From: Octopus sinensis
Lineage: Eukaryota
Direction: 5' to 3'
Assembly (NCBI RefSeq): GCF_006345805.1
Contig: NC_043002.1
Location: forward strand, 7,812,001-7,876,000
DNA: 64,000 nt
The position numbers and the translations under genes are program-made. The notes beneath the pieces were generated by a model. That model ran no database searches. It saw nothing but the letters and a program-made list of their open reading frames with translations, and was not told where the DNA came from. Shown one piece after another: positions 26,558 to 38,979 of the stretch. How positions within the stretch are numbered: position 1 is the first letter of the stretch; every line of letters starts with the position of its first letter.

Positions 26558-26874
26558 AACAACAAACAAGATGAGGACAAATATCCGTCAAATGTAAATA
26601 ATGTAAATAACGAACTTTAGTGTTGTTTGGGATTTTGGCCATAAATATTGCGTTTTACTCTCCTTGCGATATATGTCCAGCACCATCAAGTCTTCATTGT
26701 TTTTTTATTTTTTTATTTTAAGCCAAAATTACTGGTTGTTGATTAACAAGGTAATAATGAAATCAACTCAGTAAATTGTTGTTATAGAATATATATTCTT
26801 TCCTATTTTTCTTTTGTTGATGCAATGCGAGAGAGAAGCTGTGAAGTTAAACTAAAAGGTAAATGCGCCCTTTT

Positions 26875-27078
26875 TAAAGCTTAGCCAGGCTTATGGGCCC
26901 GGTTTCCCGGTTTCAATGGCGTGTGTGTTCCCCAGCATTTTTGCTAGCTGGGTGGACTGGAGCAACGTGAAATGAAGTGTCTTGCTCAAGAACACAACGC
27001 GTCGCCCATTCCAGGAATCGAAACCACAATCTTCCGATCATGATGCTGACACCCCAACCACTAAGCTACGCGCCTCCA
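26875..27078 (-). mobile_element. tRNA-derived SINE (family B-like head)
   Basis: Minus strand ggaggcgcgtagcttagtgg...ggtttcgattcc...cttgagcaagacact. Confidence 0.7.
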
Positions 27079-27943
27079 CTAAAAAGAGTACTGATCATTT
27101 ATCTTCACCCTCCTCCGTTCCAGATCTTCAAGGGCTTTCTGGTTTAAGGCTGCACAAATATTACATATGTAATGTCAACAGAACTTACTCATATAACAAA
27201 TGTAATCCTTTTTTTATGATACCTCATTAAGAAGAAGCTAGATAGTTATTATGTTTACTTTGTGCTATCACTATAGCCATCAGGAAGATAGCAGTTGGAT
27301 CAGCACAAAGACCTGGTCAACTGTTACCGTTACGGGCTGCTAGGCATGTCTCAATGCGCACATCGCGCACATGTGTATGTGTGTGTGTGAGTTAGTGTAT
27401 GGGTGTACACACTTGTTGAACCGAAGGTAAAAAATTTGTTTAAGTGTATATGTTTATACAATTAATCATTCTCTAATGACATACCAATTGATAAATTATG
27501 TGACGTTGATATTTAAGTAAGTTATCTCGTGAAGCTTAGGGTGTTGTAGGGCTGGGGTCGACTCGTGCAGGGATTTCCGGGTGCAAAAATGGTTTTATAC
27601 AGTGTATAAACAATTAGAAAGCTATTCGACAAAACGTCGATGGTGTGTCAGTCAATACTTACATTCTTATATCAATAAAACTTACTTTGTTGGTGGTTAC
27701 GCTCGGCCAGGTGTACAACAGTTCGATGTAAAACAGATAATAAATTACTGCTGCAGAATGAAAGACTAGTCGGTCTGAATACTTCTTATGTCTCTTTAAC
27801 TTATAAACAAACACTTGCTATTTGTATGAGGTAAGAGGTTATGGCCTCTATCTAAGAAAACATTCATATCTTACATCCTTCTGTCTTCTATCTCCACAGT
27901 CTAGTGACATCACAGCACCGCTAACTCAAAATGAGAAGCTACC

Positions 27944-28177
27944 CATTTCTTTACTACCCACAAGGGGCTAAACTCAGAGAGGACAAACAAGGACAGACAA
28001 ACGGATTAAGTCGATTATATCGAACCCCAGTGCGTAACTGGTACTTATTTAATCGACCCCGAAAGGATGAAAGACAAAGTCGACCTCGGCGGAATTTGAA
28101 CTCAGAACGTAGCGGCAGACGAAATACGGCTAAGCATTTCGCCCGGCGTGCTAACGTTTCTGCCAGTTCACCGCCCT
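27944..28177 (-). mobile_element. SINE family A with 15-bp TSD
   Basis: TSD aaatgagaagctacc at 27929-27943 and 28178-28192. Confidence 0.92.
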
Positions 28178-29096
28178 AAATGAGAAGCTACCACCTCTGC
28201 TTCTGCTCTACCTCTCACTACAGAAAACTCATGTGCCACTTAACTGTGCCATCAATACAGTATTGACCCCCTGCCACCAGTTTAACAAGGACAGTCAGTC
28301 AAAACGGATAATTGGTCTGCATATTTATGTTCCCTTATGAAGGCACTGCTTGTATGAGTTAAGAATCATGACCTCAATCTGAGAAAACACCCATAACTTT
28401 TCTTACCTCATGCCAACAGAGGTGTGGAGAAAGGACTGAAAGGGCCGTGGTTTTGCTTGCGTTGACACCCAGAGGTCATATGCACCCCGGTTGAAACCAC
28501 TGAAGGAGTAGAATCTATGGCTTTTGAAGGCCCTGCTAGGTTGGTGAGATTGATACCACAAATGTTCGTCTCGAACATTTGTAAATCAACACCTGCAGGA
28601 TAGACAAGCATGGAGGAAATTCCAGAGGACCTACATTCAGGGAAGGAAGGACTGGGATAAGAAGTGAAGCGGCTACATTTAGTAAATTGAAATCTGATCG
28701 AAACCCTTTTATAGCAATCAGTCGTTTTCTTCTAAGTCTGATATATAAATTCAAATCTCAGTTATGTTTGTTGTTAATCAAAACAGTGTAAAAAGTAGCT
28801 ATAACTCATACAATAATCACTTCTGGCTCCAGAGGCAGAAATCAAATGCTTGACTTGGTTACTTTGAAATTCAAACATTTCTTTCATCGCGAACCGATTT
28901 CTTAATCAGTTCAACATTGGTGAAGATGACAAAGTAATACATGAATTATTCTTCTCAAATTTTTTTTCCTTTCCAATACCTACTAATGACAACCGCCTTT
29001 TATATAAAATCGTATAATTGGAATGCTCTTTCTGTAATACAAATAACATATCTATGGAAAACTACAACCTTTCAAACTATTTAGGTCATCGAAAAT

Positions 29097-29216
<120 letters not shown>

Positions 29217-30029
29217 AAAAGAAAAAAGATATTTGAAAAATGAAGGAAGAAGCAAATAGACTTCATGAAAGCCTTTCATTTCTCCGCACCTATTCAGTCC
29301 CTATATTTTTATCATCACATCTTTTTTTTTTCTGATAACTTGACTTTCTTTTCATAAAAAAAGAAAAAAAATCCTTCATTCCAAAGGGCTTAATTTTTCC
29401 TCAGCCCACATACATTTACATAAAAAAACAAGCAAAATGTAACTGTCTCGGCTGTCCTTACAAAAACAACTCTAGTAAATATACCATAAAATCCTGTTGT
29501 TTGAAGAACAGCAATCTTTTTACTTTAACCTCTGTCGAAAGAAATTTCGCAATTACTCACTTGAATTTGCTCTGTGATTCAGAGGCCTTCACTATGCAAG
29601 CCACTGTTCCGAACTAGAATACTCAGAAACTCCAACTGCGGCCCGTTCAAACTGACCGACTCAGTTTAGAAGAGGCCTCTCAAATCTGCATTTTCCTCAC
29701 CTGACACCTCGTCTCCTTTCGCTTCAGGCCTGATCTTTTGGTTAATCCCTTTCGCTCGCCTGACGTCTTCCGCACATGATCCATACTCCCTTGAAAATCT
29801 AAAGATTACTTCACGATAACTTCATCTTATTTCGAAGCCGTCTTTTCATTTAGGTAAGTGGTTCCTAACTTGGAGTCCACGGACCCCTGGTGGTCCGCAA
29901 AGGTAGTACTGTGGATGCGTGAACTAAATTCAAAACTTCATATACGTGCACATACACGCTGTCACATACACACACGCGCGCACATTCGTTTTGGGATCAT
30001 CACTACTTTATTATGTCCTCATCTTCTTA

Positions 30030-30250
30030 GCTCTCCCGTGTGGCCCTCTGTCCGGCATTCGCCATGATAGATCGCTAGCCATTAAATCTTTTCTAGTTTC
30101 GCTCCCTGTTTATTTGTGTTCCTTTCTGTCGAAGAGCGTAGGCTCGAAATGTAAGACTTTCTCACTTCCCAAGCGTTAAACTAATACATCTGTTTGTTGT
30201 TTACACATCCATCTTCGTCTTTTGTTTTTTTTTTTGTAAAATTCTCACTA
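30030..30250 (+). mobile_element. pLTR-like repeat with A6U hammerhead variant (30121-30157)
   Basis: ccttt-CTGTCGA-a-gagc gtag gctc-GAAAT-GTA-agac; paralog of 15050-15260. Confidence 0.55.
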
Positions 30251-30256
30251 TGTATA

Positions 30257-30317
<61 letters not shown>

Positions 30318-30340
30318 CTGCGCGCGCTGTGGTGTGTATA

Positions 30341-30555
30341 CTCTTACTCTTTTACTCTTTTACTTGTTTCAGTCATTTGACTGCAGCCATGCTGGAGCAC
30401 CGCCTTTAGTCGAGCAAATCGACCCCGGGACTTATTCTTTGTAAGCCCAGTACTTATTCTATAGGTCTCTTTTGCCGAACCGCTAAGTGACGGGGACGTA
30501 AACACACCAGCATCGGTTGTCAAGCAATGCTAGGGGGACAAACACAGACACACAA

Positions 30556-30594
<39 letters not shown>

Positions 30595-30752
30595 CATATA
30601 TATGACAGGCTTCTTTCAGTTTCCGTCTACCAAATCCACTCACAAGGCATTGGTCGGCCCGGGGCTATAGCAGAAGACACTTGCCCAAGACGCCATGCAG
30701 TGGGACTGAACCCGGAACCATGTGGTTGGTTAGCAAGCTACTTACCACACAG
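30341..30752 (-). mobile_element. tRNA-derived SINE family C (CORE-like block)
   Basis: Minus strand tgtggtaagtagcttgct...gggttcagtccc...cttgggcaagtgtcttc; internal (CA)/(TA) run; paralog at 44167. Confidence 0.85.
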
Positions 30753-30785
<33 letters not shown>

Positions 30786-30979
30786 CACTCAGTTAAAAGC
30801 AGTGCTACTGTTGTAAACATCAACGACCGCAGATATTCAATGTATTTGATTTGTTTGTGTACCGGGTCTCAGCGGTATATCGCTTGGGAGACGACCCCCG
30901 CATAACTTAGGGTGTTGAAACACCTGAATGTCATGGCAGATAATGGAGTCAATGCTTAATGGAACCTGTTGGATGAAAA

Positions 30980-31006
30980 CGGCCGACCGCTAATAATAAT
31001 AATAGC

Positions 31007-31038
<32 letters not shown>

Positions 31039-31086
31039 TAATAATAATAATAATAATAATATATAATAATAATAATAATAATAATA

Positions 31087-31118
<32 letters not shown>

Positions 31119-31299
31119 AATAATAATAACAATAATATAATAAATAATAATAATAATAATAATAATATAATAATAATAATAATAATAAAAAATAATAATA
31201 ATAATAATAATAATAACGATGATGATGATGATGAGGATGATGATAATAATAATAATAATAATAATAATAAAATAATAATAATAATAAAATAATAATAAC

Positions 31300-31368
<69 letters not shown>

Positions 31369-31414
31369 GTAATAATAATAACGATGATGATAATAATAAT
31401 AACAATAATAATAA

Positions 31415-31462
<48 letters not shown>

Positions 31463-31495
31463 TGATGATAATAATAATAACAATAATAATAATAA

Positions 31496-31541
<46 letters not shown>
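30980..31541. repeat. about 560-bp (AAT)n array with (GAT)n interruptions
   Basis: Direct reading. Confidence 0.95.
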
Positions 31542-31542
<1 letters not shown>

Positions 31543-31667
31543 GCATCAAAACCATGACACAGTCGAATCAAAACCGCAATCAATATTTTGCATATCCACA
31601 TGGAAATAGGTGCAATAACTGCGGTACAGAAAAAAAAATGTTTTACAGATCAAAAGTTTCAGAAACT

Positions 31668-31706
<39 letters not shown>

Positions 31707-31849
31707 TCTATTTATTTATTTATGTACCTGAATTTCGTGATACTCATTCACCCATGTCTTAATTTTATTATTTTTTTACGATATATATTCTTCTTAAACT
31801 TTAGACACCTAAATTATCCTGGCTCGGTATGACGTGTGTATATATGCTA

Positions 31850-32502
31850 CAGGTCAAGGTGACGCTGACATTAAAACAACACGAATTGGCCTCGCTCGCC
31901 ACGCCTTCAACCGACTCAATGCACGACTCTGGACAAGATCTGAGATCCGACGCTCCACCGAAGTACGGATCTACCAAGCACTAGTGCGAACGATTCTCCT
32001 TTACGACTGCGAGTCATGGCCAATAAGGGTGGAAGATATTAAGCGACTAGAATCCTTCGATCACCTCTGTCTACGCCGCATCCTTCGTGTCCGATGGCAT
32101 CACTTTACCTCCCACAATTCGGTGCGACACCAGTGCAAAATGACCTCCCTCCGACAAGTCATCCGAACGAGACGTCTGCGTTGGCTGGTTCATGCCCTCC
32201 GTCGTCAACCTGGAGAATTCATCTGCGAAGCAATTGCCCCGGCTCCCCTTCAGGGTTGGCGAAAGCGATGTGGTGGACAACGAAAAACCTGGCTGACGAC
32301 AGTCAAGGCTGATCTGGAACCCAACCTAGGCCCCCATATCTACGGCGTTCGCCGCTGGAATAAGGAGTGGTTGGAAATCACGCGGTCGTTAGCCTCAAAT
32401 CGCCAGGCCTGGTCGGCGTTTGTGAGAGATGCAGCATTGAGGATGAATGAAACCAGCTCAACCCACCTCGGGTTAATGGTGCCTCAAGTAAAAAAAAAAA
32501 AG
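31850..32502 (+). mobile_element. 5'-truncated RTE-clade LINE, open RT C-terminal frame
   Basis: RIGLARHAFNRL..IYQALVRTILLYDCESW..LESFDHLCLRRILRVRW..RRLRWLVHALR..GGQRKTW..NRQAWSAFV; ends in an A-run. Confidence 0.9.
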
Positions 32503-32815
32503 TGTATATATATACATTAAAAATGATGAGAGATGATGCGTTGCATCGTAGCAAGAGGGCGTTAAAATAATGATGGTAGGAAAAGAGCCGAGAGTTAAAA
32601 AAGCTTTGCTCTACGTTGTTTGCAAGCATGTTTGTATGACAATGGATAAATTATACATTTGCCTCAACAATTAAGGATTAAATAGACAAAGCGTTTTCCG
32701 GAACTTGATCCCCAAGGGATTAACGCTTAAACACCCACAATTAGCGGTCCAGTATATTTATATTTAAAATTACTCCAGAGATGTAGAAGTTGCCGGCGGC
32801 TACCGATGAAGTTAT

Positions 32816-32899
<84 letters not shown>

Positions 32900-32913
32900 T
32901 TAAAGACCAGCTT

Positions 32914-32981
<68 letters not shown>

Positions 32982-33002
32982 GTATATATATGTATATATA
33001 TA

Positions 33003-33047
<45 letters not shown>

Positions 33048-33053
33048 ATATAC

Positions 33054-33100
<47 letters not shown>

Positions 33101-33476
33101 TATATATATAATATATATATATATACATATATATATAAATATAAAGTTGGTCTTTAAAGTTCCAGTCTCTGACTCCCTCCCTCACTCCTTACCACTTAAT
33201 CTCTCTTCTTCTCTTTCACTCGCTGACAAACGGCAACATTTTGTGTTTACAATAACAGCTTAAAGTGGTGTTTACTCATGAAAGCAATCTGTTTAACACC
33301 TTGTTTGGACTGTTAAAGCGTCTTAAATGGTGGTCCCTCCTGTCAAACTGACATTGAGACGTGTTTACACTGTGGTGTACGTACACTCGGAACAACGACT
33401 GCTTCTTCTTCGTCTTCTTCTTCTGTACTTGCCCGTTTACTGACAAGCAATTGTTAATCGACTTTCAATGCACAGT

Positions 33477-34008
33477 AAGTAGTAGTAGTAGTAGGAGGAG
33501 GAGGAGGAGGAGGAGGAGGAGGAGGTGGGAAGATGAGGAAGAGATGGAGGAGGAGAAGGAGGAAGAAGAAGATGAGGAAGCTAGGGAGGAGGAGGAGGAG
33601 GAGGAGGATAATGAGAGGGAGGAGGAAGAGAGGGAGGCGGAAGAGAAGAAGGGGAGGAAGATGAGGAAGAGAGGGAGGAGGAGAGGGAGGAGGAGAGGGG
33701 GGAGGAGGAGAGGGAGGAGGAGGAAGAGAAGAAGGAGGAGGAGGGAGATGAAGTAGCGAAGGAGGAGGAGGAGGAGGAGGAAGAAGAGGGGGAGGAGGAA
33801 GAAGAGGAGGAGGAGGAAGATGAGAAAGGAGGAAGAGAAGAAGGAGGAGGAAGAGAAGAAGGAGGAGGAAGATGAGGAAGAGAAGGAGGAGGAGGAGGAG
33901 GAATAAGAGGAAGGAGGAAGATGAGAAAGGAGGAGGAGGTAGATGAGGAAGAGAAGGAGGAGGAGGTAGATGAGAAAGAAAAGGAGGAGGAGGAGTAGGA
34001 GAAGGAAT
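33477..34008. repeat. about 530-bp (GAG/GAA)-rich polypurine tract
   Basis: Direct reading; nearly all G/A on the + strand. Confidence 0.95.
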
Positions 34009-34586
34009 CCCCCGTGTTACGGTCGTAATAAGCTCTTGTTAATCTCACCGTAACGCAAAATCCCATAACGCAGACTCTATTTTCCTATTGATTTTCATGT
34101 TATAAATTGAGTTGCGTGATGACGGATTTGATTTTTTTTTTTTGCAGAAAAACAAAGTACTAACAAAAAACATTGTAACAGGCCCCTTTTTTGCACGAAA
34201 ATAGCAATTTCTAAACGTACACTATATAATACTGAAAAGATATTTGAAAAGAAATGCGTTGGGGAACAAATAAGAATCGTGATATTGTAATAATGTTCGT
34301 TCTTACTCCAAAAGTTGTTGACAACTGTGTGAATGAATGTCGCTGAAAGAATGAGAAACATTGCCTTCTTATAATTAACCATTATCAAGATCTGCTTGAA
34401 GGGTGAAGAACTTGTTCGAAGTTGTTTGATGATTATGGTGCGTCATCTCTTTGTACAGATAAGCATGGGAAGTAGGCTCATCGTCTATTCTTCTGGTAAT
34501 TTTGTTACGTTCACGATTAAAACCGTTATCAGCAAAACTTGCGGCTTCTACTCTGCCAATCTTTTTGCAATATTGTTTATAGTCAA

Positions 34587-35238
34587 CTAGCAGCATAGCC
34601 CGGCGTTGCCTGGGTATGGAAGGCGTCCCCTAGACAGTCTGTGGTTTGTGTTTAATACACAAATCGGTTTGCTATGTGTGCCACATATGATGTAATTAAC
34701 CGATTTTGTCCAGTAATAAAGTATCCTATTGGAATAAAAAGGGTCATATAGCTCCTTGGAGCAGACATGATGCTCGCTGTGAATTTTTAAAAAAATTCCT
34801 GCCAATTTGTGAAAGATATTGTCGAAAATATGTCATCTTGAATTTGAACGCGATTTCCCAAAATGGCATGATTTTATCGATTTTTTTCTGATGGTAAGGT
34901 ATTGCATGGAAAACTAACGTCAGAATTAAGTTTCTTAGGGTAACATTAAGCTTCACCATGAGTTTGGTGAAAATCAATTGCAAGTTGCGAAAACTACAAC
35001 AGAAAATGTGTTGCATATGAAAAGCTTAGATTCTCGACCCCATGTCGAATTTATCGATTTTTTCAGAACTGGGGGAACTTTTCAAAATTCTCGCTGCGTT
35101 AGTTTTGAATTATGACATTGGGCTATGTGTGTGTCAAGTTTCATCAGAATCGGTTGAAAGCCGTGGTCAGCGTGAGGGTACAACCTGACAGACACACAGA
35201 CACACAGACAGACAAACTGCTGTTTATATAGAGAGAGA
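34587..35238 (-). mobile_element. complete non-autonomous Helitron (652 bp)
   Basis: Minus strand A|TCtctctctatataaacag... cccaggcaacgccggg hairpin, gctatgctg, CTAG|T. Confidence 0.85.
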
Positions 35239-35346
35239 TTTAAGTGGGGTCGGTGGAAGATCAGTATTTTGATTGGTATTCTCATCTCGCTCTTTATCAA
35301 CCCCTCGGTAAATAAAGTTTCTCTATGGGACTCAATTACATCATCT

Positions 35347-35810
35347 GGATCTTTTCACTTTGACCGGCAGATTTTTAAAATAATTTCTATGTAACTAAAA
35401 AATTTTAAACTTCGTATACTGGTAGAATGTGTTTATAAAACATCTTTTTCTCTTGGCTTTCTTGAGAAAATTCTGTAGTTTGTAACATATTTGTTGTTTA
35501 TTTTCTTGCATTTCGGCAATTTCAACCAATCAATGACGTCTATTGAGGCGAAAACGATTTTTGCCTTAACATTTTGTGGCGGCGTCATATGAAAATGTCC
35601 CTGTTTTCTATGAGAAAAAAGATACCCTGTGGCCATAAACTGAGGGGTCACTCGTAAACAGAGCTGGATAACAAAACCGTTCCCTCTGTAGTGTCCACCC
35701 ATAATTATGACCCTAGCATCGATCTATTGCATTTCAATTTGTTTTAGGGTTAGAGTTAGGGTTAGGGTTAGGGTTAGGGGTGTGGGGAAGGGTATACGGG
35801 AAGGGAAAAC
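35347..35810. mobile_element. rearranged second copy of the 21450 TIR element with six TTAGGG-like units (35744-35779)
   Basis: 35347-35570 matches 21450-21670 directly; 35698-35795 matches 21735-21812 in inverted orientation. Confidence 0.75.
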
Positions 35811-36094
35811 TATAAACCAGACTAGTAACATCTCCATCAATGACTTGGCTGCAGTTACTCTATCCAGATTATACATACATATATATACAAAGAAAAATAC
35901 CCTGTTGTTGGTGTTGAAATTTCAATGAAGGAGCCTTGCATCTAGGTTAGAAACCGGCTCTTCTCTTGAAATAAAGTTGAAGAATGACATACATACGTAC
36001 ATACATACATACATACATACATACATACATCATACATACATACATACATACATACATACGTGCATATATACGAACAGGACGTTCGTTTCTCGAT

Positions 36095-36282
36095 TGTAAG
36101 GCCGTGAGTTCGATTATAGTCGACGCGTTATACCCTTGAGCAAGACACTTTGTTACACGTTGCTCCAATCCACTCAACTGAAAAAAATGAGTTGTACCTG
36201 TATTTGCACGTTAATTTCATAAGCAGGCTTTCTGTTGATCGGGTCAACTGGAACCCTCATCATCACAAACGACGGAGTACCA

Positions 36283-36285
<3 letters not shown>
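36095..36285 (+). mobile_element. SINE fragment
   Basis: gtgagttcgatt (B box)...ccttgagcaagacactt...tccactcaactg. Confidence 0.6.
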
Positions 36286-36344
<59 letters not shown>

Positions 36345-36347
<3 letters not shown>

Positions 36348-37895
36348 TGTTATATTTCGGAATGGTCATATTGCCAGTTTAGCCAATAAAAACACACGCA
36401 CTATATATTTGGTGTTATTTTGCTTCAGTGTTATTTATTTTTTACATTAATCTTAATCTTATTTCGGTCAGAGTTCTTTCGTCACACTCCTGTGACCGCA
36501 TCAGTGGTCTTTTGTTTTCTTCTTTCTTATTTGTGTCTCTCCTTACTAACCGTCAGCCATTTTGTATTTCTATTGTATGTCTTCATTTGCGCATGCTTAT
36601 ATCTCTATGTGCGTCTATGTTTATTTAGTGTGTGTATGTGGGGGGATGCCTGTAATATTTGTATCTTCTGTTTTTATATGTTCATGTAATTTGTATTTTG
36701 TTTTTGTTGGAAGGCCAACTCTTGGTATGATAGCCATAAATACCAGAGTGTCATGTTCGTTGACACCACCCCTGGAAGTGAACTGGCGTACCGCTTTAGA
36801 AGGACCCTAGACAAACTTAAGCTGAGAATTAAGGTTGTTGAAAAGCCAGGCAACCCTATCAAATCTATAATTTGTAGAACCTATCCTTTTAGTAGAACCC
36901 CATGTACGGATAAGTACTGTACTGTATGTAGATTTATCCCACAAACAAACTGTAAAGCCAGAAATGTAGTCTATAGTATAAGATATATAGAGGGATGATG
37001 CAGTAACAAGACAACGACATACGTAGAGGAAACGGCAAGAAGCATAGGAGAGCGGATAAATGACCATTGGAGACAACTCAAGGAAGGTAAAAGCTCATCG
37101 ATTCTGTACCAACACGCCGAACAGGAACACGGGGGATCCATCAATAACATAGAAATTAAAATATTGTCGACACATAGAACAGATGCAACAATTAGACAAA
37201 TTACAGAAGCTACACACATAATAGAAAATAAACCTAGCCTGAATAGAAAATTAGAATGGAGCACTAGCACACACCACAACATATGACGATAGAGGATCCC
37301 GAAAACATAATAAATATACAGATAAATAAACAAATAGAAATAAATAACTATATATATATATATATATTTTGATTCGATTTATTATTATTATTACTAGTAT
37401 TGTTGTTATACATACATACATACATACATACATACATACATACATACATACATACATACATACATACAAGCACATGTAATGATAATAATAAGTGGATGTA
37501 AACACATGAACAAAATAAGAATAAACAAAAACAACAAAAACAAAATACAAATTACATGAACATATATAAACAGAAGATACAAATATTACAGGCATCCCGC
37601 CACATACACACACTAAATAAACATAGACGCACATAGAGATGTAAGTATGAGCAAATGAAGACATACAATAGAAATACAAAATGGCTGACGGTTAGTAAGG
37701 AGAGACACAAATAAAAAAGAAGAAAACAAAGGACCACTGATGCGGTCACAGGAGTGTGACGAAGAACTCTGACCGAAATAAGATTAAATTAATGTAAAAA
37801 ATAAATAACACTGAAGCAAAATAACACCAAAAATATATAGTGCGTGTGTTTTTATTGGCTAAACTGGCATATGACCATTCCGAAATATAACAATA
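36345..37895 (+). mobile_element. 5'-truncated Penelope-like element: inverted pLTR copy, GIY-YIG region, 3' pLTR
   Basis: 36710-37290 translates WYDSHKYQSVMFVDTTPGSELA..CTVC..NCKARNVVYSI..TYVEETARSIGERINDHW..LYQHAEQEH..IRQITEATHI..KPSLNRK; 36345-36709 is the inverse of 37531-37895. Confidence 0.9.
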
Positions 37896-37949
37896 TCTGT
37901 TTAACACACGACTTCACATAAAAAATCTTGCACAACAAATATTTAAACG

Positions 37950-37983
<34 letters not shown>

Positions 37984-38000
37984 TATATATATAGAGAGAG

Positions 38001-38032
<32 letters not shown>

Positions 38033-38060
38033 TAAACACACACACACACACACACACACC

Positions 38061-38092
<32 letters not shown>

Positions 38093-38129
38093 ATAATTAT
38101 ATAAAATAGATTACTTATATAATATAAAA

Positions 38130-38480
38130 TAGATTAGTGTTTCACTTCCGGATTCTATCACTCTGTGAAGTTTCTAGTTCGAATCACACGTGTGTCGAGG
38201 TGCGCCTAAGATTTTTCTATTTGGATATATTTGGGGTACTTAAGTCTGCTCGGGACTTGGTGCTTGCTTCTTCCGTGGGTATGAATAGTATTCATTTATA
38301 TCTCGCGTATGTGCCGCTGAAGAGGGGAAATTTTCTTGTGAATTAACCCCGAAATTGGACCAATACGGTAAATCGAATTTTTTAGAGATTTCTATCGGTT
38401 TGTTTCGAGACGCATAAATTTAATGGTTATCGACAATTTTTTTGTTTCGGCGTATCTGGCATTAGAATTTTTCTTCTGCC
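38130..38480 (+). mobile_element. pLTR-like repeat with decayed hammerhead (38311-38366)
   Basis: CTGAAGA-gggg..cccc-GAAA, cleavage triplet lost; paralogous to 49660-49905. Confidence 0.55.
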
Positions 38481-38490
38481 CTTATCTTGT

Positions 38491-38534
<44 letters not shown>

Positions 38535-38740
38535 ACTGAGATCTCCCTTTTTAGTAGAGAATAGCTATAACTCTTTGACTGCTATTTCTAAATTCGGTAT
38601 GTGTAAGGCAATTCGTTGCTAAACCCTTTATTGCTTAGTATTACTTATATATATATATATATATATATAGGTTCAGCAAAATTTAGATTCAGATGAATGG
38701 TACTTAAGTTAAAGGCACCAGAATTTTGTAATGGGGTGAT

Positions 38741-38932
38741 TATAATCAAATGAGCAACAAGGATATCCAATAAGTATAAAAAGTGCATTGTCCGTTTAAT
38801 TATAAAATTCTATATATGGCTGAAGATTGCTCGACATTTTAAAACTGATGTGATACTTAAAGTGTTTAATAAAATGAAGTAGCATGAAACGATTGTACTA
38901 CTCTACCTTGGATATCCTTGTTGCTCATTTTG

Positions 38933-38940
<8 letters not shown>
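38741..38940. repeat. about 30-bp inverted repeat with 137-bp spacer
   Basis: tataatcaaatgagcaacaaggatatccaa / ttggatatccttgttgctcattttgattttata. Confidence 0.85.

Positions 38941-38979
<39 letters not shown>

Noticed and set aside
28407-28592. Minus-strand exon-like segment with good acceptor (cctgcag|G) and donor (GAG|gtaaga)
   Set aside because: The only open frame hits TGA one base before the donor and I recognise no protein. A non-coding exon cannot be excluded without RNA-seq.
29555-29800. Minus-strand segment with two donor-like sites (CAG|gtgagg, CAA|gtgagt)
   Set aside because: Short unrecognised frames and no partner exon; could be decayed LINE sequence.
30956-31601. About 200-aa poly-Leu/Ile/Asn ORFs
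   Set aside because: The (AAT)n array lacks stops in some frames; no coding signal.
33361-34066. Glu/Arg-rich and Ser/Pro-rich ORFs
   Set aside because: By-products of the GAG/GAA tract.
35744-35779. True telomere or chromosome-fusion scar
   Set aside because: Only six units, lying inside a dispersed TIR element.
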